From contig JAGGAD010000002.1 in the NCBI GenBank assembly GCA_017889625.1, positions 119,940 through 183,939 on the forward strand: DNA of 64,000 nucleotides, given 5' to 3'. This stretch comes from Bacillota bacterium. Its GTDB lineage: Bacteria > Bacillota > Negativicutes > Sporomusales > CTSoil-080. The position numbers were made by a program, and so were the translations under genes. Shown piece by piece: positions 8,816 through 18,445 of this stretch (the first letter of the stretch is position 1; every line of letters begins with the position of its first letter). The notes below the pieces were generated by a model. That model ran no database searches. It saw only the letters and a list, made by a program, of their open reading frames with translations, and had not been told where the DNA came from.

Positions 8816-9412
8816 ATGTACGAGACCGTAATCAAGGGTGGTATTGTGCTTGGCGTAATCCTGGTTTGCTCATTAATCGCGATGACGATTGTCATCCAGC
8901 GGTGGTGGTTTTATCGCTCGGTCGAGCGTGAAGATGCTGATTACACGCCGAAACTAAAAAAAGCCATTGATGGTGAAACATCAAGTATTGTTGCTGATGG
9001 AAACAGTACGTTAGCCAGGTTGTGGTCGGCGATGTATGAATTGCGCCGGGGAACGGCAGCGGAACAGGAGGCTGCCGGTGAACTTGTTTTAGAAAGTGAG
9101 AGTTTACGGTTGGATAAATATCTTTATATTTTGGCGACAATTGCGACAATTGCTCCGCTATTGGGATTGTTGGGCACCGTGTTTGGTATGATTAAGACTT
9201 TTCACGCTGCGGCACTCAGTGGAGCCGGTAATCCGCAAATGTTAGCTGAGGGGATTTCTGAAGCGTTATATAATACGGCGGCGGGACTATTGGTTACAAT
9301 CTTTTGTATTGTCTGCCATAATCATTATCGCAATTGGGCTGAGCGGCGAGTACGAGTTCTGGAAAACCGGGCTAAACAATTTGCTGCGATCTTAGCTGGA
9401 GGAGGTAGGTGA
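8816..9412 (+). CDS. exbB: MotA/TolQ/ExbB proton-channel protein
   Basis: The motif LATIATIAPLLGLLGTVFGMI...GISEALYNTAAGL is typical of ExbB/TolQ, and the gene sits beside exbD and tonB. Confidence 0.85.
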   Translation: MYETVIKGGIVLGVILVCSLIAMTIVIQRWWFYRSVEREDADYTPKLKKAIDGETSSIVADGNSTLARLWSAMYELRRGTAAEQEAAGELVLESESLRLDKYLYILATIATIAPLLGLLGTVFGMIKTFHAAALSGAGNPQMLAEGISEALYNTAAGLLVTIFCIVCHNHYRNWAERRVRVLENRAKQFAAILAGGGR

Positions 9413-9816
9413 GGGGGCGTAGATCGTCTGGCCGGGCTATCGGTGTGCATGTGGATATGACGCCGATGGTTGATGTCATGATGCTGTTGGTAATTTTCTT
9501 TATGATGACTACCGCCTTTGTTAGTATTTATCCTGGCTTTGAGATAAATTTGCCGCAGGCTTCGGTTGAACGGCAGGATAAAACAACGGTAGAAGTTTTG
9601 ATTGCTAAAGATGGGCGAGTTGCGGTGGATGGCAAGCTTGTCGGAAAGGGGGAAATGAAGGCCGCGCTAAGTTCGGAAGGAAGGTTGGCGAACAGTGTTT
9701 CTATCCGGGCCGATAAAGAAGCCAGCCATGGAATGGTCGTAGCAGTTATGGATGAAATTCATAAAGCCGGAGTGACTAAGATGGCTATAGCCGTTGAGGA
9801 AAAGGGGCGGCAATAA
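9409..9816 (+). CDS. exbD: ExbD/TolR biopolymer transport protein
   Basis: The DMTPMVDVMMLLVIFFM helix is followed by a periplasmic domain. The GTG start overlaps the exbB stop (GTGA). Confidence 0.85.
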   Translation: MRGRRSSGRAIGVHVDMTPMVDVMMLLVIFFMMTTAFVSIYPGFEINLPQASVERQDKTTVEVLIAKDGRVAVDGKLVGKGEMKAALSSEGRLANSVSIRADKEASHGMVVAVMDEIHKAGVTKMAIAVEEKGRQ

Positions 9817-9817
9817 T

Positions 9818-10537
9818 ATGCGAGTAAGCACATGGTGGGGTGCGTTTGTCCTGGCTGCGACTCTGCATGCGACAGGTTTAGTCCTGGCCGGACATAGTAT
9901 ATTGGTCCCGGATGAATCAATAGTTGAGAATGTAAGTAATCAAACGATTGAGATCGAACTTGAGCAACCAGAACTGCTTGAATCAGAAGCGCTTATAGCT
10001 GCCCAGGATAGCTCGCCGGCGTTTAGCGCCAGTCCGTTGCCACAGGCAAAGGTAAGCCCGTGGCGTGATGAAACTAAACCGGCTGCTGCTGTAGCCGCGG
10101 TGGTTGTTGCATCTCCGGCAATAAGCGCAGCCGATGACGGCGATGATAATCAAATTGCGGTATCACTTGCTGGGGCTAATGGCACCGGTCAGTCTGGATC
10201 AGGTGGCGGTTCATCCGGCAATGCCCGTGGCGGAGGTGGCGGATATTCAGATAGTGATGGCGGGGTTACTAGTTTGCCGCAGGCGATATCTACGCCATCG
10301 CCTGAATTTCCGGCCGAAGCAAGATTAAATAGATGGCAGGGTACGGTGGCGGTAAAGGTTCTGGTTACGCCTTCAGGCGAAGTGGAAGAGGTTAGGCTTG
10401 CCAAAAGTTCAGGGTATGATGTCCTGGACCGTGCAACTATAAACAAAGCCTATCAATGGCAATTTACCCCGGCATACCGTAATGGACAGCCTGTAGCTCG
10501 TTGGATCATAAGGAGTATAGTTTTTAAGTTGAAATGA
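9818..10537 (+). CDS. tonB: TonB energy transducer
   Basis: It has an N-terminal anchor, a Pro/Ala/Gly-rich spacer and a TonB_C domain (EFPAEARLNRWQGTVAVKVLV...GQPV). The ATG lies 1 nt after the exbD stop. Confidence 0.85.
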   Translation: MRVSTWWGAFVLAATLHATGLVLAGHSILVPDESIVENVSNQTIEIELEQPELLESEALIAAQDSSPAFSASPLPQAKVSPWRDETKPAAAVAAVVVASPAISAADDGDDNQIAVSLAGANGTGQSGSGGGSSGNARGGGGGYSDSDGGVTSLPQAISTPSPEFPAEARLNRWQGTVAVKVLVTPSGEVEEVRLAKSSGYDVLDRATINKAYQWQFTPAYRNGQPVARWIIRSIVFKLK

Positions 10538-10609
10538 TAAGTAACCTCTTAATAATAGGCGTGGTTTTCTAATAAGCACATATGGTGGTTAGGGGGCGGC
10601 GAAAACACA

Positions 10610-11392
10610 GTGCTAACGATAGAAAATATCAGCTTTGGTTATGCGGTGGCTGATGATTTACTTAGCGACATCTCATTTACTGTGGACAAGGGGGATGTTG
10701 TCTGTCTCCTCGGCCCTAACGGTGCCGGGAAAACAAGTTTATTAAGATGTATGCTGGGGATCTCTAAAGTCAGATCAGGCATGATTAAGGTTCAAGGCCG
10801 CTCGATTAAGGAGATATCAGCCAAAGAAATGGCTCGGGCAATGGCGTATGTCCCACAGGCGACGGCAACGGTGTTTCCGCATAGTGTCATGGATATGGTG
10901 GTTATGGGCCGTACACCGCATATTGGGATTATGGCAGCCCCTTCGGAGCAAGATTTGGCTATTGCCGCCGAAGCCCTGGTGGAACTGGGCATACCTCATT
11001 TGGCGGACTCTTTGTTTAGTCAAATTAGTGGGGGGGAACGTCAGCTAACGTTAATAGCTCGGGCCTTGGTGCAACAGGCGGACTTGCTGATTATGGATGA
11101 GCCAACCGCAAGCCTGGATTATGGTAATCAGGTACGTATTTTAAAGGTTATTGATCGGCTTGCCAGCCAAGGCTATTCAATCATTATGACCTCGCACTTT
11201 CCCAATCATGCCTTTTTACTATGTAATAAAGTCTTGATCATGAAAAATGGTAAAATCACTGCTGTTGGCCGTCCTGAGGATGTGGTTACTGACGAGCGGC
11301 TGAGCGACCTCTATGCTACGACAGTCAAAGTAGTGGAAATTGACGCTGGTGATTCGAAGCTTATGAAGATTTGTGTGCCACTGATGGCGTAA
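10610..11392 (+). CDS. ABC transporter ATP-binding protein (FecE/FepC/BtuD-like)
   Basis: Walker A (GPNGAGKTS), the signature motif (SGGERQ) and Walker B (LLIMDEPT) are all present. Confidence 0.9.
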   Translation: MLTIENISFGYAVADDLLSDISFTVDKGDVVCLLGPNGAGKTSLLRCMLGISKVRSGMIKVQGRSIKEISAKEMARAMAYVPQATATVFPHSVMDMVVMGRTPHIGIMAAPSEQDLAIAAEALVELGIPHLADSLFSQISGGERQLTLIARALVQQADLLIMDEPTASLDYGNQVRILKVIDRLASQGYSIIMTSHFPNHAFLLCNKVLIMKNGKITAVGRPEDVVTDERLSDLYATTVKVVEIDAGDSKLMKICVPLMA

Positions 11393-11441
11393 GGCCGGGC
11401 GAAGCCCGGAAAAAATATTAATATTGTCATGGAGGGATAAC

Positions 11442-13445
11442 ATGCGTAAAAAAATCATTGCTAATTTGGCGCTAGTCAATTGCGTATTGCTAATGTTGCC
11501 GAGTTTAGTTGGAGCTCAGCAAAGCGAGGCTGAGGATTCAGAAACGGTTAATTTGGGAGAAGCGGTTGTCAGCGCCGTCCCGTTGGAAAAATACCTAGTT
11601 ACTACCAGTGTTATTACAGATAAGGACATTGCCGCTAAGGGCGCGCGTAATTTGGCGGAAGCTTTGGCGGATGTTCCGGGGTTGAACTTGCACCAAGGGA
11701 AAAAGGGGAATGTCGCGGTGGATATTCGCGGTGTTACCAGTACAGATGTCAAAATATATGTTGATGGAGTATTAGTAAATCCGCTAGCTAAGATGACTAG
11801 TTCATCGGCTGTTGATGCATCGATTATTCCAGTAGATAATATTGCTAAGATCGAGGTAATCAAAGGCCCGGCACCGGTTATTTACGGGACTGATGCTAAA
11901 GGCGGAGTAATATTAATTACCACGAAGAATGGCAGCGATTATCAAGGCGGCAATGTTTCACTGGCAGCCGGGACGTGGGGTTCATTAAACGGTGCGGTCT
12001 CTTATGGCGGCGGCGATAAAAAGTTTAACTACTTTTTTGATGTCGGCTCTGAACGCACTGACGGCTATCGGAGCGTTCACCGGGATACAAAAAATGTTAA
12101 TACTAAACTGAACTGGACTTTTGACAATGACGCTGTCCTTACCTTTACGGGGGGCTATTCGACCACTGATAAAGACTGCCAGAATGCAATTGATCCGGTC
12201 ACTGGCAAGGTTGTTACTTCCACAACCGGGTTTTGGCCGGGGTTAAATAATTGGCAGTATCGAGATTGGGAAAGAAGTAATTTATCGTTGGATTATACTA
12301 AAAAAGTCAACAGCAAGCTGGATTATGATGTTAAAGTATATCGGTTTACGGAGAACAACGGGTTGTGGGCGAACGGGACAGAATATACCAGTGCGACTTT
12401 AGCTTCTAAATACGGATATAGTACTACACGGTGGAATGCCAGCTATTGGGATAGTACGCTTACCGGCGTTGAACTATCAGCTAATTGGAAACTAAATGAT
12501 CGCCATTTGCTAACTTTTGGAACCCTTTATAATGATATTGACTGGAAAAAATCAGATTCGGATGACGATTATAACCCTGACGATTATTATTGGCTGGATT
12601 ATAAAAACAAACGGTATGGATATTATTTGCAAGATACCATTCAAGCTAATGAACGGACAACCTTTATTTTAGGCGTGCGGCATGATAAAAATGAAGTAAT
12701 TAATACTGATAATACAACTACAAAAGATTCGGCGACCAATCCGACGGTAAATGTGCTTTACCAGCTTGATGCTAAAAACACTTTGCGGACGGCTTATGGC
12801 CAGACCTATAGCTTTCCGAGTGCTGAAGCATTGTATACTACTACCTATGGCAATCCAGACTTAAAACCGGAAAAATCTAAGAACTATGAAATAGGCTGGA
12901 AACACGAATTTAATGATACCTTAACCGGCGACTTTGCAATCTTCAAGAATGATATTGTTGATAAAATTGATCGGCTTAAAAAATATTACTATAACTTAGA
13001 CTGGGCCAAGATCAAAGGTATAGAACTTGAATTTGATAAACAGTTTTCTACTAATGTAAAAGGCTATGTTAACTATACATACCTGGATACTGCCAGCGCC
13101 GATTATAGTGGCACGGTGACCACCCTTACATACACACCGCGGAACCATGTTAATTACGGCCTTAGTTACCAGGCAAGTAAAGGGTATAATTTTGACCTTA
13201 CCGGTCACTGGGTTGGTCGCCGGTATACCGGTGACAGCACTGGCTCTGATACGCGCTCGACAAGCGTGGTGTATTCTAAATTGCCCAGTTATAATCTGAT
13301 CGACTTAAAAATAAGCCGTCAGGTTAGCGAAAAACAGGATTGGTATATTACAGTATATAATATTTTCAATAAACATTATGAAGAAGAACTGTTCTATCCC
13401 GATCCTGGCATCTGGATGATGATTGGTACTAACTACAAAATTTAA
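11442..13445 (+). CDS. TonB-dependent outer-membrane receptor
   Basis: It has a signal peptide, a TonB-box-like ETVNLGEAVVSA, plug motifs (IEVIKGPAPVIYGTDAKGGVILITTK) and a long beta-barrel region. GGAGGG precedes the ATG at 11442. Confidence 0.9.
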   Translation: MRKKIIANLALVNCVLLMLPSLVGAQQSEAEDSETVNLGEAVVSAVPLEKYLVTTSVITDKDIAAKGARNLAEALADVPGLNLHQGKKGNVAVDIRGVTSTDVKIYVDGVLVNPLAKMTSSSAVDASIIPVDNIAKIEVIKGPAPVIYGTDAKGGVILITTKNGSDYQGGNVSLAAGTWGSLNGAVSYGGGDKKFNYFFDVGSERTDGYRSVHRDTKNVNTKLNWTFDNDAVLTFTGGYSTTDKDCQNAIDPVTGKVVTSTTGFWPGLNNWQYRDWERSNLSLDYTKKVNSKLDYDVKVYRFTENNGLWANGTEYTSATLASKYGYSTTRWNASYWDSTLTGVELSANWKLNDRHLLTFGTLYNDIDWKKSDSDDDYNPDDYYWLDYKNKRYGYYLQDTIQANERTTFILGVRHDKNEVINTDNTTTKDSATNPTVNVLYQLDAKNTLRTAYGQTYSFPSAEALYTTTYGNPDLKPEKSKNYEIGWKHEFNDTLTGDFAIFKNDIVDKIDRLKKYYYNLDWAKIKGIELEFDKQFSTNVKGYVNYTYLDTASADYSGTVTTLTYTPRNHVNYGLSYQASKGYNFDLTGHWVGRRYTGDSTGSDTRSTSVVYSKLPSYNLIDLKISRQVSEKQDWYITVYNIFNKHYEEELFYPDPGIWMMIGTNYKI

Positions 13446-13475
13446 AGTTAGCTGAGCCGCTATGGCTTAATCAAA

Positions 13476-13535
13476 AAAAGCGACCAATCCCGGTTGAGGC
13501 CTCGTGACTTCAAAGCGGGATTGGTCGCTTTTGGT
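13476..13535 (+). terminator. Intrinsic terminator of the import operon
   Basis: A 17-bp stem, aaaagcgaccaatcccg / cgggattggtcgctttt, is followed by a T-rich tail. Confidence 0.75.
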
Positions 13536-13630
13536 ATGTACTTAGTTGTGCAGTATTGACTGTAAATTTGGTATAATGGTTGCGAATGGGTTCGATTATG
13601 AGCGGAGTTAGATCGTGGGAGGGAAAGCGT

Positions 13631-14890
13631 ATGTTAATTAAAAAAAAGGTACTGAACAATTTATTTGTGTTTATTTTAATTGTCGGAGTTTTAACCGTTT
13701 CCTTAGCAACAATTGCCTCGACGATGCCAGTAGCGGCCAAGGATGTACCAAGCCATATTATATTAACCTGGACGGGCGATGCCCGGACCACTCAAACCAT
13801 TACTTGGCAGACCGATGCTAATACTCAGGATGGTCAAGTGCAATATTGGGAGGTAAGACCTGGTCATTTGGGCGAGCAAATAAATTTAGCGGCACAAGTG
13901 AAAACGGTTGTCAGTAATAAGGGAGAGTTCAATGTTCATACCGCTACGATTACCGGACTTAAGCCAGGTACCAGATATGCTTATCGGATAGGTATTCCTG
14001 GTACCTGGAGTCAACAGGCGCATTTTGCGACTGCTCCGGTGACCGGAGGGGAGTTTAAATTCTTGGTGTTTGGTGATTCTCAAAGTATAAACTATGATAC
14101 GTGGCGCACGACTTTACATAACGCGTATCAGGCAAACCTGGACACTGCGTTTTTTATAAATATGGGTGACTTGATTGATATGGGACAGGACTATAGTCAG
14201 TGGGATGCCTGGTTTAATGCAACTCAGGGCGTGTTGGAGAATATCCCTTGTATGCCAGTTGTTGGCAATCATGAAACTTATGCCCCAGAGAGACGGCTTG
14301 CTATGCCGACGTTGTTTACCGATCAGTTCAAATTGCCGATGAATGGGCCTGAGGGACTTAAAGGGCAGGTATATTCGTTTAATTATGCTGATGTGCATTT
14401 CGTCATGCTGGATACCCAAATTGACGAAGAAGGACGCTTTGTACCGGATATGCTGGAAAAACAAAAACACTGGTTGGAAGAAGATTTGGCAACTGCCGGG
14501 GAAAAGTGGAAGCTGGTCTTTGTCCACAAGGCTCCATATAACAATAAACCCAATGGCAACCCGACAATTCGGACGGGGTTTGCCCCCATTATTGAAAAAT
14601 ATCATGCCGATCTTGTTTTTACTGCCCATGACCATGTATATGCGCATACTTATCCAATGTATAATGGGATGGCAGTCGAAAATCCAACAAAGGGCACTAT
14701 CTATGTAGCAACGGGACGGAGTGGCAGTAAAACCTATTCAACCTCAATAGCGAAAGAATGGGACGATTTTTTTTACAATCCCCTAGATGAACCGAATTAT
14801 CTTACAGTGGAAGTAAATGATAATATATTAACAGTTACGGCCTATCGACAGAACGGTGGATTAATTGATAAATGGAGCATTGTTAAGTAA
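13631..14890 (+). CDS. Secreted metallophosphoesterase, purple-acid-phosphatase-like
   Basis: It has a signal/anchor helix, a PAP N-terminal beta domain (TWQTDANT...YAYRIG) and calcineurin-like motifs (GDSQ, GDLIDMG, GNHE, HKAPY, HDH). GGGAGGG precedes the ATG at 13631. Confidence 0.8.
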   Translation: MLIKKKVLNNLFVFILIVGVLTVSLATIASTMPVAAKDVPSHIILTWTGDARTTQTITWQTDANTQDGQVQYWEVRPGHLGEQINLAAQVKTVVSNKGEFNVHTATITGLKPGTRYAYRIGIPGTWSQQAHFATAPVTGGEFKFLVFGDSQSINYDTWRTTLHNAYQANLDTAFFINMGDLIDMGQDYSQWDAWFNATQGVLENIPCMPVVGNHETYAPERRLAMPTLFTDQFKLPMNGPEGLKGQVYSFNYADVHFVMLDTQIDEEGRFVPDMLEKQKHWLEEDLATAGEKWKLVFVHKAPYNNKPNGNPTIRTGFAPIIEKYHADLVFTAHDHVYAHTYPMYNGMAVENPTKGTIYVATGRSGSKTYSTSIAKEWDDFFYNPLDEPNYLTVEVNDNILTVTAYRQNGGLIDKWSIVK

Positions 14891-14993
14891 AATTAATAGG
14901 CAAAACTAATACGAAAATAAGTGAATTTATTTGCTTGGCTGTATTATTATAAATAACTTCAATAAAATAATTTGTTGTAAGAAAACAATACAT

Positions 14994-15022
14994 TTGACAA
15001 TTATTGTTTTGTTTGGTAGTAT
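14994..15022 (+). promoter_or_regulatory. Sigma-A-type promoter for abrB
   Basis: TTGACA (14994-14999), a 17-nt spacer, then TAGTAT (15017-15022). Confidence 0.55.
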
Positions 15023-15068
15023 TTATTTGTGGAATATGATAAAAAAATGTCGAAAGAGAGCGTAAACA

Positions 15069-15320
15069 ATGAAGTCAACTGGAATTGTAAGACGGGTTGA
15101 TGAGTTAGGCCGGGTAGTTATCCCTATCGAATTACGGCGTAACTTTAGTATTGAAGAGAAAGATGGTCTTGAAATTTTCACTGAAAATGATCGCATTATT
15201 TTGCGGAAATATGAACCTGCATGTATATTTTGTGGCGGTGGGGATGATGTAGCCGTTTTCAAAGGAAAAAATATATGCAAAGAATGTATGGACGCAATGA
15301 AAGTGCAAGATGTAGGCTAG
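15069..15320 (+). CDS. abrB: AbrB/SpoVT-family transition-state regulator with a C-terminal CxxC-x14-CxxC tail
   Basis: MKSTGIVRRVDELGRVVIPIELRR is the canonical AbrB swapped-hairpin N-terminus. The tail carries CIFCGG...CKEC. Confidence 0.9.
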   Translation: MKSTGIVRRVDELGRVVIPIELRRNFSIEEKDGLEIFTENDRIILRKYEPACIFCGGGDDVAVFKGKNICKECMDAMKVQDVG

Positions 15321-15345
15321 GGGAAACCCTAGCCCCTTTTTTTAT
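15315..15345 (+). terminator. Intrinsic terminator after abrB
   Basis: The stem ggctaggg / ccctagcc is followed by a T run. Confidence 0.7.
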
Positions 15346-15442
15346 TGTAAAAAATCGCCATCTATGCTGGTGGGTTGGGAAGAATGTTAGCGGTAATGAA
15401 AGATATCACATAATATTATTAAAAAAAAGAACAATAGAATGA

Positions 15443-15498
15443 TTGCATTTTAACTAAATGGAACATATACTATATATATATTCGCATATGGGAATATA
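15443..15498 (+). promoter_or_regulatory. ars promoter plus a candidate ArsR operator
   Basis: The promoter is TTGCAT (15443-15448), a 17-nt spacer, then TATACT (15466-15471). An inverted repeat TATATTC-n8-GAATATA follows at 15477-15498. Confidence 0.5.
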
Positions 15499-15520
15499 CT
15501 ACTATTGAGGCAGGTGATTT

Positions 15521-15835
15521 ATGAACTACATTGATGCTTTGAAAGCTCTAGCCGATTACAACCGATTAGCGATTATGTGTTATCTTCGAAATGGCACTAA
15601 GTGTGTTTGTGAAATTGAACAAATCTTAGCAATATCCCAGTCAGCCACCTCCAAGCACCTGAACAAATTAAGAATGGCAGGCCTTATCGAGGCAGAAAAA
15701 AAAGCGCAGTGGGTACACTATAGTATTTCTAACAAAGCTTATGCTGAATATCCATTTTTAGAAATAATTCTTTCTGAGGCAAGTACTCAGTATGTATTTG
15801 ATACTAGCAAAGTAAAAAAATATAGTGATTGTTAA
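15521..15835 (+). CDS. arsR: ArsR/SmtB-family metalloregulator
   Basis: It has a wHTH with a CVCE metal-binding motif (GTKCVCEIEQIL) and is the first gene of the ars operon. Confidence 0.85.
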   Translation: MNYIDALKALADYNRLAIMCYLRNGTKCVCEIEQILAISQSATSKHLNKLRMAGLIEAEKKAQWVHYSISNKAYAEYPFLEIILSEASTQYVFDTSKVKKYSDC

Positions 15836-15854
15836 TACGGTGGGAGTAGATATA

Positions 15855-16253
15855 GTGAAACGAGTAGCGTTTGTTTGTGTCCATAATTCATGCCGATCTC
15901 AGATGGCCGAGGCGTTTGGTAAAGTTTTTGGCCTTGAAGTATTTGAATGTTTTTCGGCGGGAACAGAAAAACGGGATCAAATCAATCAAGATGCAGTGCG
16001 AATTATGAAGGAAATTGGTATCGATATGGAGCTTAACCAGAAACCTAAGCTGCTCCAGGATATACCTCACGCTGATATTGTGGTAACAATGGGCTGTAAT
16101 GTGAACTGTCCCGTTATTTCTTGTAATTATCGTGAGGATTGGGGGCTAGATGATCCAACGGGAAAAACTGATGAAGATTTCAGGATTGCACGCAATATGA
16201 TAAAAGTCAAAGTGGAAGATCTTGGACAACGGATAAAATCCAGTTCAATCTAG
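15855..16253 (+). CDS. arsC: Arsenate reductase, LMW-PTP (thioredoxin-coupled) type
   Basis: The P-loop CX5R is present (VCVHNSCRSQMAE). GTG at 15855 follows GGTGGGAG. Confidence 0.85.
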   Translation: MKRVAFVCVHNSCRSQMAEAFGKVFGLEVFECFSAGTEKRDQINQDAVRIMKEIGIDMELNQKPKLLQDIPHADIVVTMGCNVNCPVISCNYREDWGLDDPTGKTDEDFRIARNMIKVKVEDLGQRIKSSSI

Positions 16254-16288
16254 TTGATAGATAATAAAATGATATGGAGAGTGTTATT

Positions 16289-16645
16289 ATGAAAAAAATA
16301 GCTATTTATGACCCGGCTATGTGCTGTTCGACAGGCGTTTGTGGAGCAAGCGTTGACAAAGAACTACTAAGAGTTGCAACCGTCATTGAGACCCTTAACC
16401 GAAAAGGGGCCGCGATAAGCCGGTTTAACCTTTCGGGTCAACCACAGGCATTTGTGGATAATCAATTGATAAATGATCATTTAAAACAACATGGCCCGGA
16501 CATATTGCCGATTACTTTAGTTGAGGGCCAAGTAGCTAAAACAGAAAGTTACCCTACTAATGAAGAATTTGCCCAATGGACTGGTCTGGAAATAAAAATT
16601 AAACCTAAAAAATCAGGTTGTTGCTGTGATAGCGGGTGCTGTTAA
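16289..16645 (+). CDS. arsD: ArsD arsenic metallochaperone/repressor
   Basis: MKKIAIYDPAMCCSTGVCG is the ArsD signature. The C-terminus is Cys-rich (SGCCCDSGCC). Confidence 0.9.
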   Translation: MKKIAIYDPAMCCSTGVCGASVDKELLRVATVIETLNRKGAAISRFNLSGQPQAFVDNQLINDHLKQHGPDILPITLVEGQVAKTESYPTNEEFAQWTGLEIKIKPKKSGCCCDSGCC

Positions 16646-16667
16646 CATGGAAAAAGGAACTGGGCTG

Positions 16668-18419
16668 ATGCAAGCCTATAAACCTTCGCATATCGAACTT
16701 ACAAAATACTTCTTTTTTACGGGCAAAGGAGGCGTCGGAAAAACATCAGCGGCCTGCGCGACAGCCGTTGAACTGGCCGATGCCGGGAGAACGGTAATGC
16801 TTATCAGCACCGATCCAGCTTCAAATTTGCAGGATGTTTTCGGTGTAGAGCTGGATAACAAAGGAACTTCGATTCCGGAAGTTCCCCACCTTACAATTGT
16901 TAATTTAGACCCGGTAGAAGCAGCTCGCGAATATAAGGAGACAGTAATCGGACCATACAAAGGCGTGTTGCCTGATACGGTAATTGCCAATATGGAAGAA
17001 CAATTGTCGGGGTCTTGTACCGTTGAAATTGCGGCCTTCAATGAGTTCTCTCACTTTCTAACTGATGAAAATATTAAAGATAAATATGACCACGTTATAT
17101 TTGACACTGCCCCCACTGGTCATACACTTAGAATGCTTCAGCTGCCTTCGGCCTGGAGTAACTTTATCAGCGAAAACACCCATGGCGCATCATGCCTGGG
17201 GCAGCTATCTGGATTAGAGGATAACAAACAGATGTACAAAAGTGCAGTTGGAACCTTGGCTAATTCAAGCCTTACCACGGTTATGTTAGTGACAAGGCCA
17301 GAAAAAACACCACTATTGGAAGTGGAAAGGGCCTCGAAAGAATTGAAAGCGCTTGGTGTTAATAATCAAACCATGATTATTAACGGGGTGATGGAAATTG
17401 ATACCCCAAATGATGACATCGCGCTGAGCATGTATAATAAGCAGCAGCAAGCGCTGCACGATATGCCCGAATACTTGCGTAACACTAAAACCTACTACAT
17501 TCCCCTCCGCGCTTACAATGTATATGGTATAAACAATATCCGCAAAATGCTAACCGATAATTATTTGGACGGAAATGAACCTAACTCTAAGATGAAAAAT
17601 GTATTATCCCTCGGCACATTAATTGAAGATATGTACCGGACCCGGAAAAAGGTCATTTTTACCATGGGTAAAGGCGGCGTAGGCAAAACTACCTTAGCGG
17701 CAGCGATTGCTGTAGGGTTAGTAGAAAAAGGAGTAAACGTCCATCTTACGACTACCGACCCCGCCCATCACTTAAAATTTATGCTTAGTGACAGCAAAAA
17801 ATTAAAAATAAGTCATATCGATGAAACCAAGGAACTTGAAAAGTACAAAGAAGAAGTGCTGACTAAAGCGAGGGAATCAATGGGCGATGCTGACCTGGCG
17901 TATATCGAAGAAGATTTAAGGTCGCCGTGTACCCAGGAAATCGCTGTATTTAGAGCCTTTGCTGAAATTGTTGAACAGGCAACCGATAATCAAGTTGTAG
18001 TAATTGATACCGCTCCTACCGGTCATACCCTGCTATTACTAGATGCGACTCAGAGCTATCACAAAGAAATTCAAAAGAGTCAAGGCGATATTCCGGAAAG
18101 CGTAAAAAAACTATTGCCGAGATTGAGAAATGCGGCTGAGACCGAAGTCGTAATTGTAACCCTGCCCGAGGCTACTCCCGTCCATGAAGCGATGAGACTT
18201 ACTGAAGATTTAGCCCGAGCTGGTATTAATTCAAAATGGTGGGTCGTGAACTCGAGCCTCTATTTGACGAATACCACAAGCCCACTATTAAAAGCAAAAG
18301 CAGAGAGCGAAGTAGAATGGATCAATAAAGTAGTTGAAATATCACAGGGAAATACCGTACTAATCAAGTGGCACGGTAAAGAAATTCAAGGAAAAGAACT
18401 GTTGGGGTTGATTGAGTAA
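16668..18419 (+). CDS. arsA: Arsenite-transporting ATPase ArsA (two fused halves)
   Basis: There are two GKGGVGKT P-loops and two DTAPTGHTL motifs. The start is 16668 by analogy with the MQ...FFTGKGGVGKTS N-termini of ArsA; 16647 is also possible. Confidence 0.9.
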   Translation: MQAYKPSHIELTKYFFFTGKGGVGKTSAACATAVELADAGRTVMLISTDPASNLQDVFGVELDNKGTSIPEVPHLTIVNLDPVEAAREYKETVIGPYKGVLPDTVIANMEEQLSGSCTVEIAAFNEFSHFLTDENIKDKYDHVIFDTAPTGHTLRMLQLPSAWSNFISENTHGASCLGQLSGLEDNKQMYKSAVGTLANSSLTTVMLVTRPEKTPLLEVERASKELKALGVNNQTMIINGVMEIDTPNDDIALSMYNKQQQALHDMPEYLRNTKTYYIPLRAYNVYGINNIRKMLTDNYLDGNEPNSKMKNVLSLGTLIEDMYRTRKKVIFTMGKGGVGKTTLAAAIAVGLVEKGVNVHLTTTDPAHHLKFMLSDSKKLKISHIDETKELEKYKEEVLTKARESMGDADLAYIEEDLRSPCTQEIAVFRAFAEIVEQATDNQVVVIDTAPTGHTLLLLDATQSYHKEIQKSQGDIPESVKKLLPRLRNAAETEVVIVTLPEATPVHEAMRLTEDLARAGINSKWWVVNSSLYLTNTTSPLLKAKAESEVEWINKVVEISQGNTVLIKWHGKEIQGKELLGLIE

Positions 18420-18445
18420 AATCAAATATAAAGAGGAGGCAGAGT

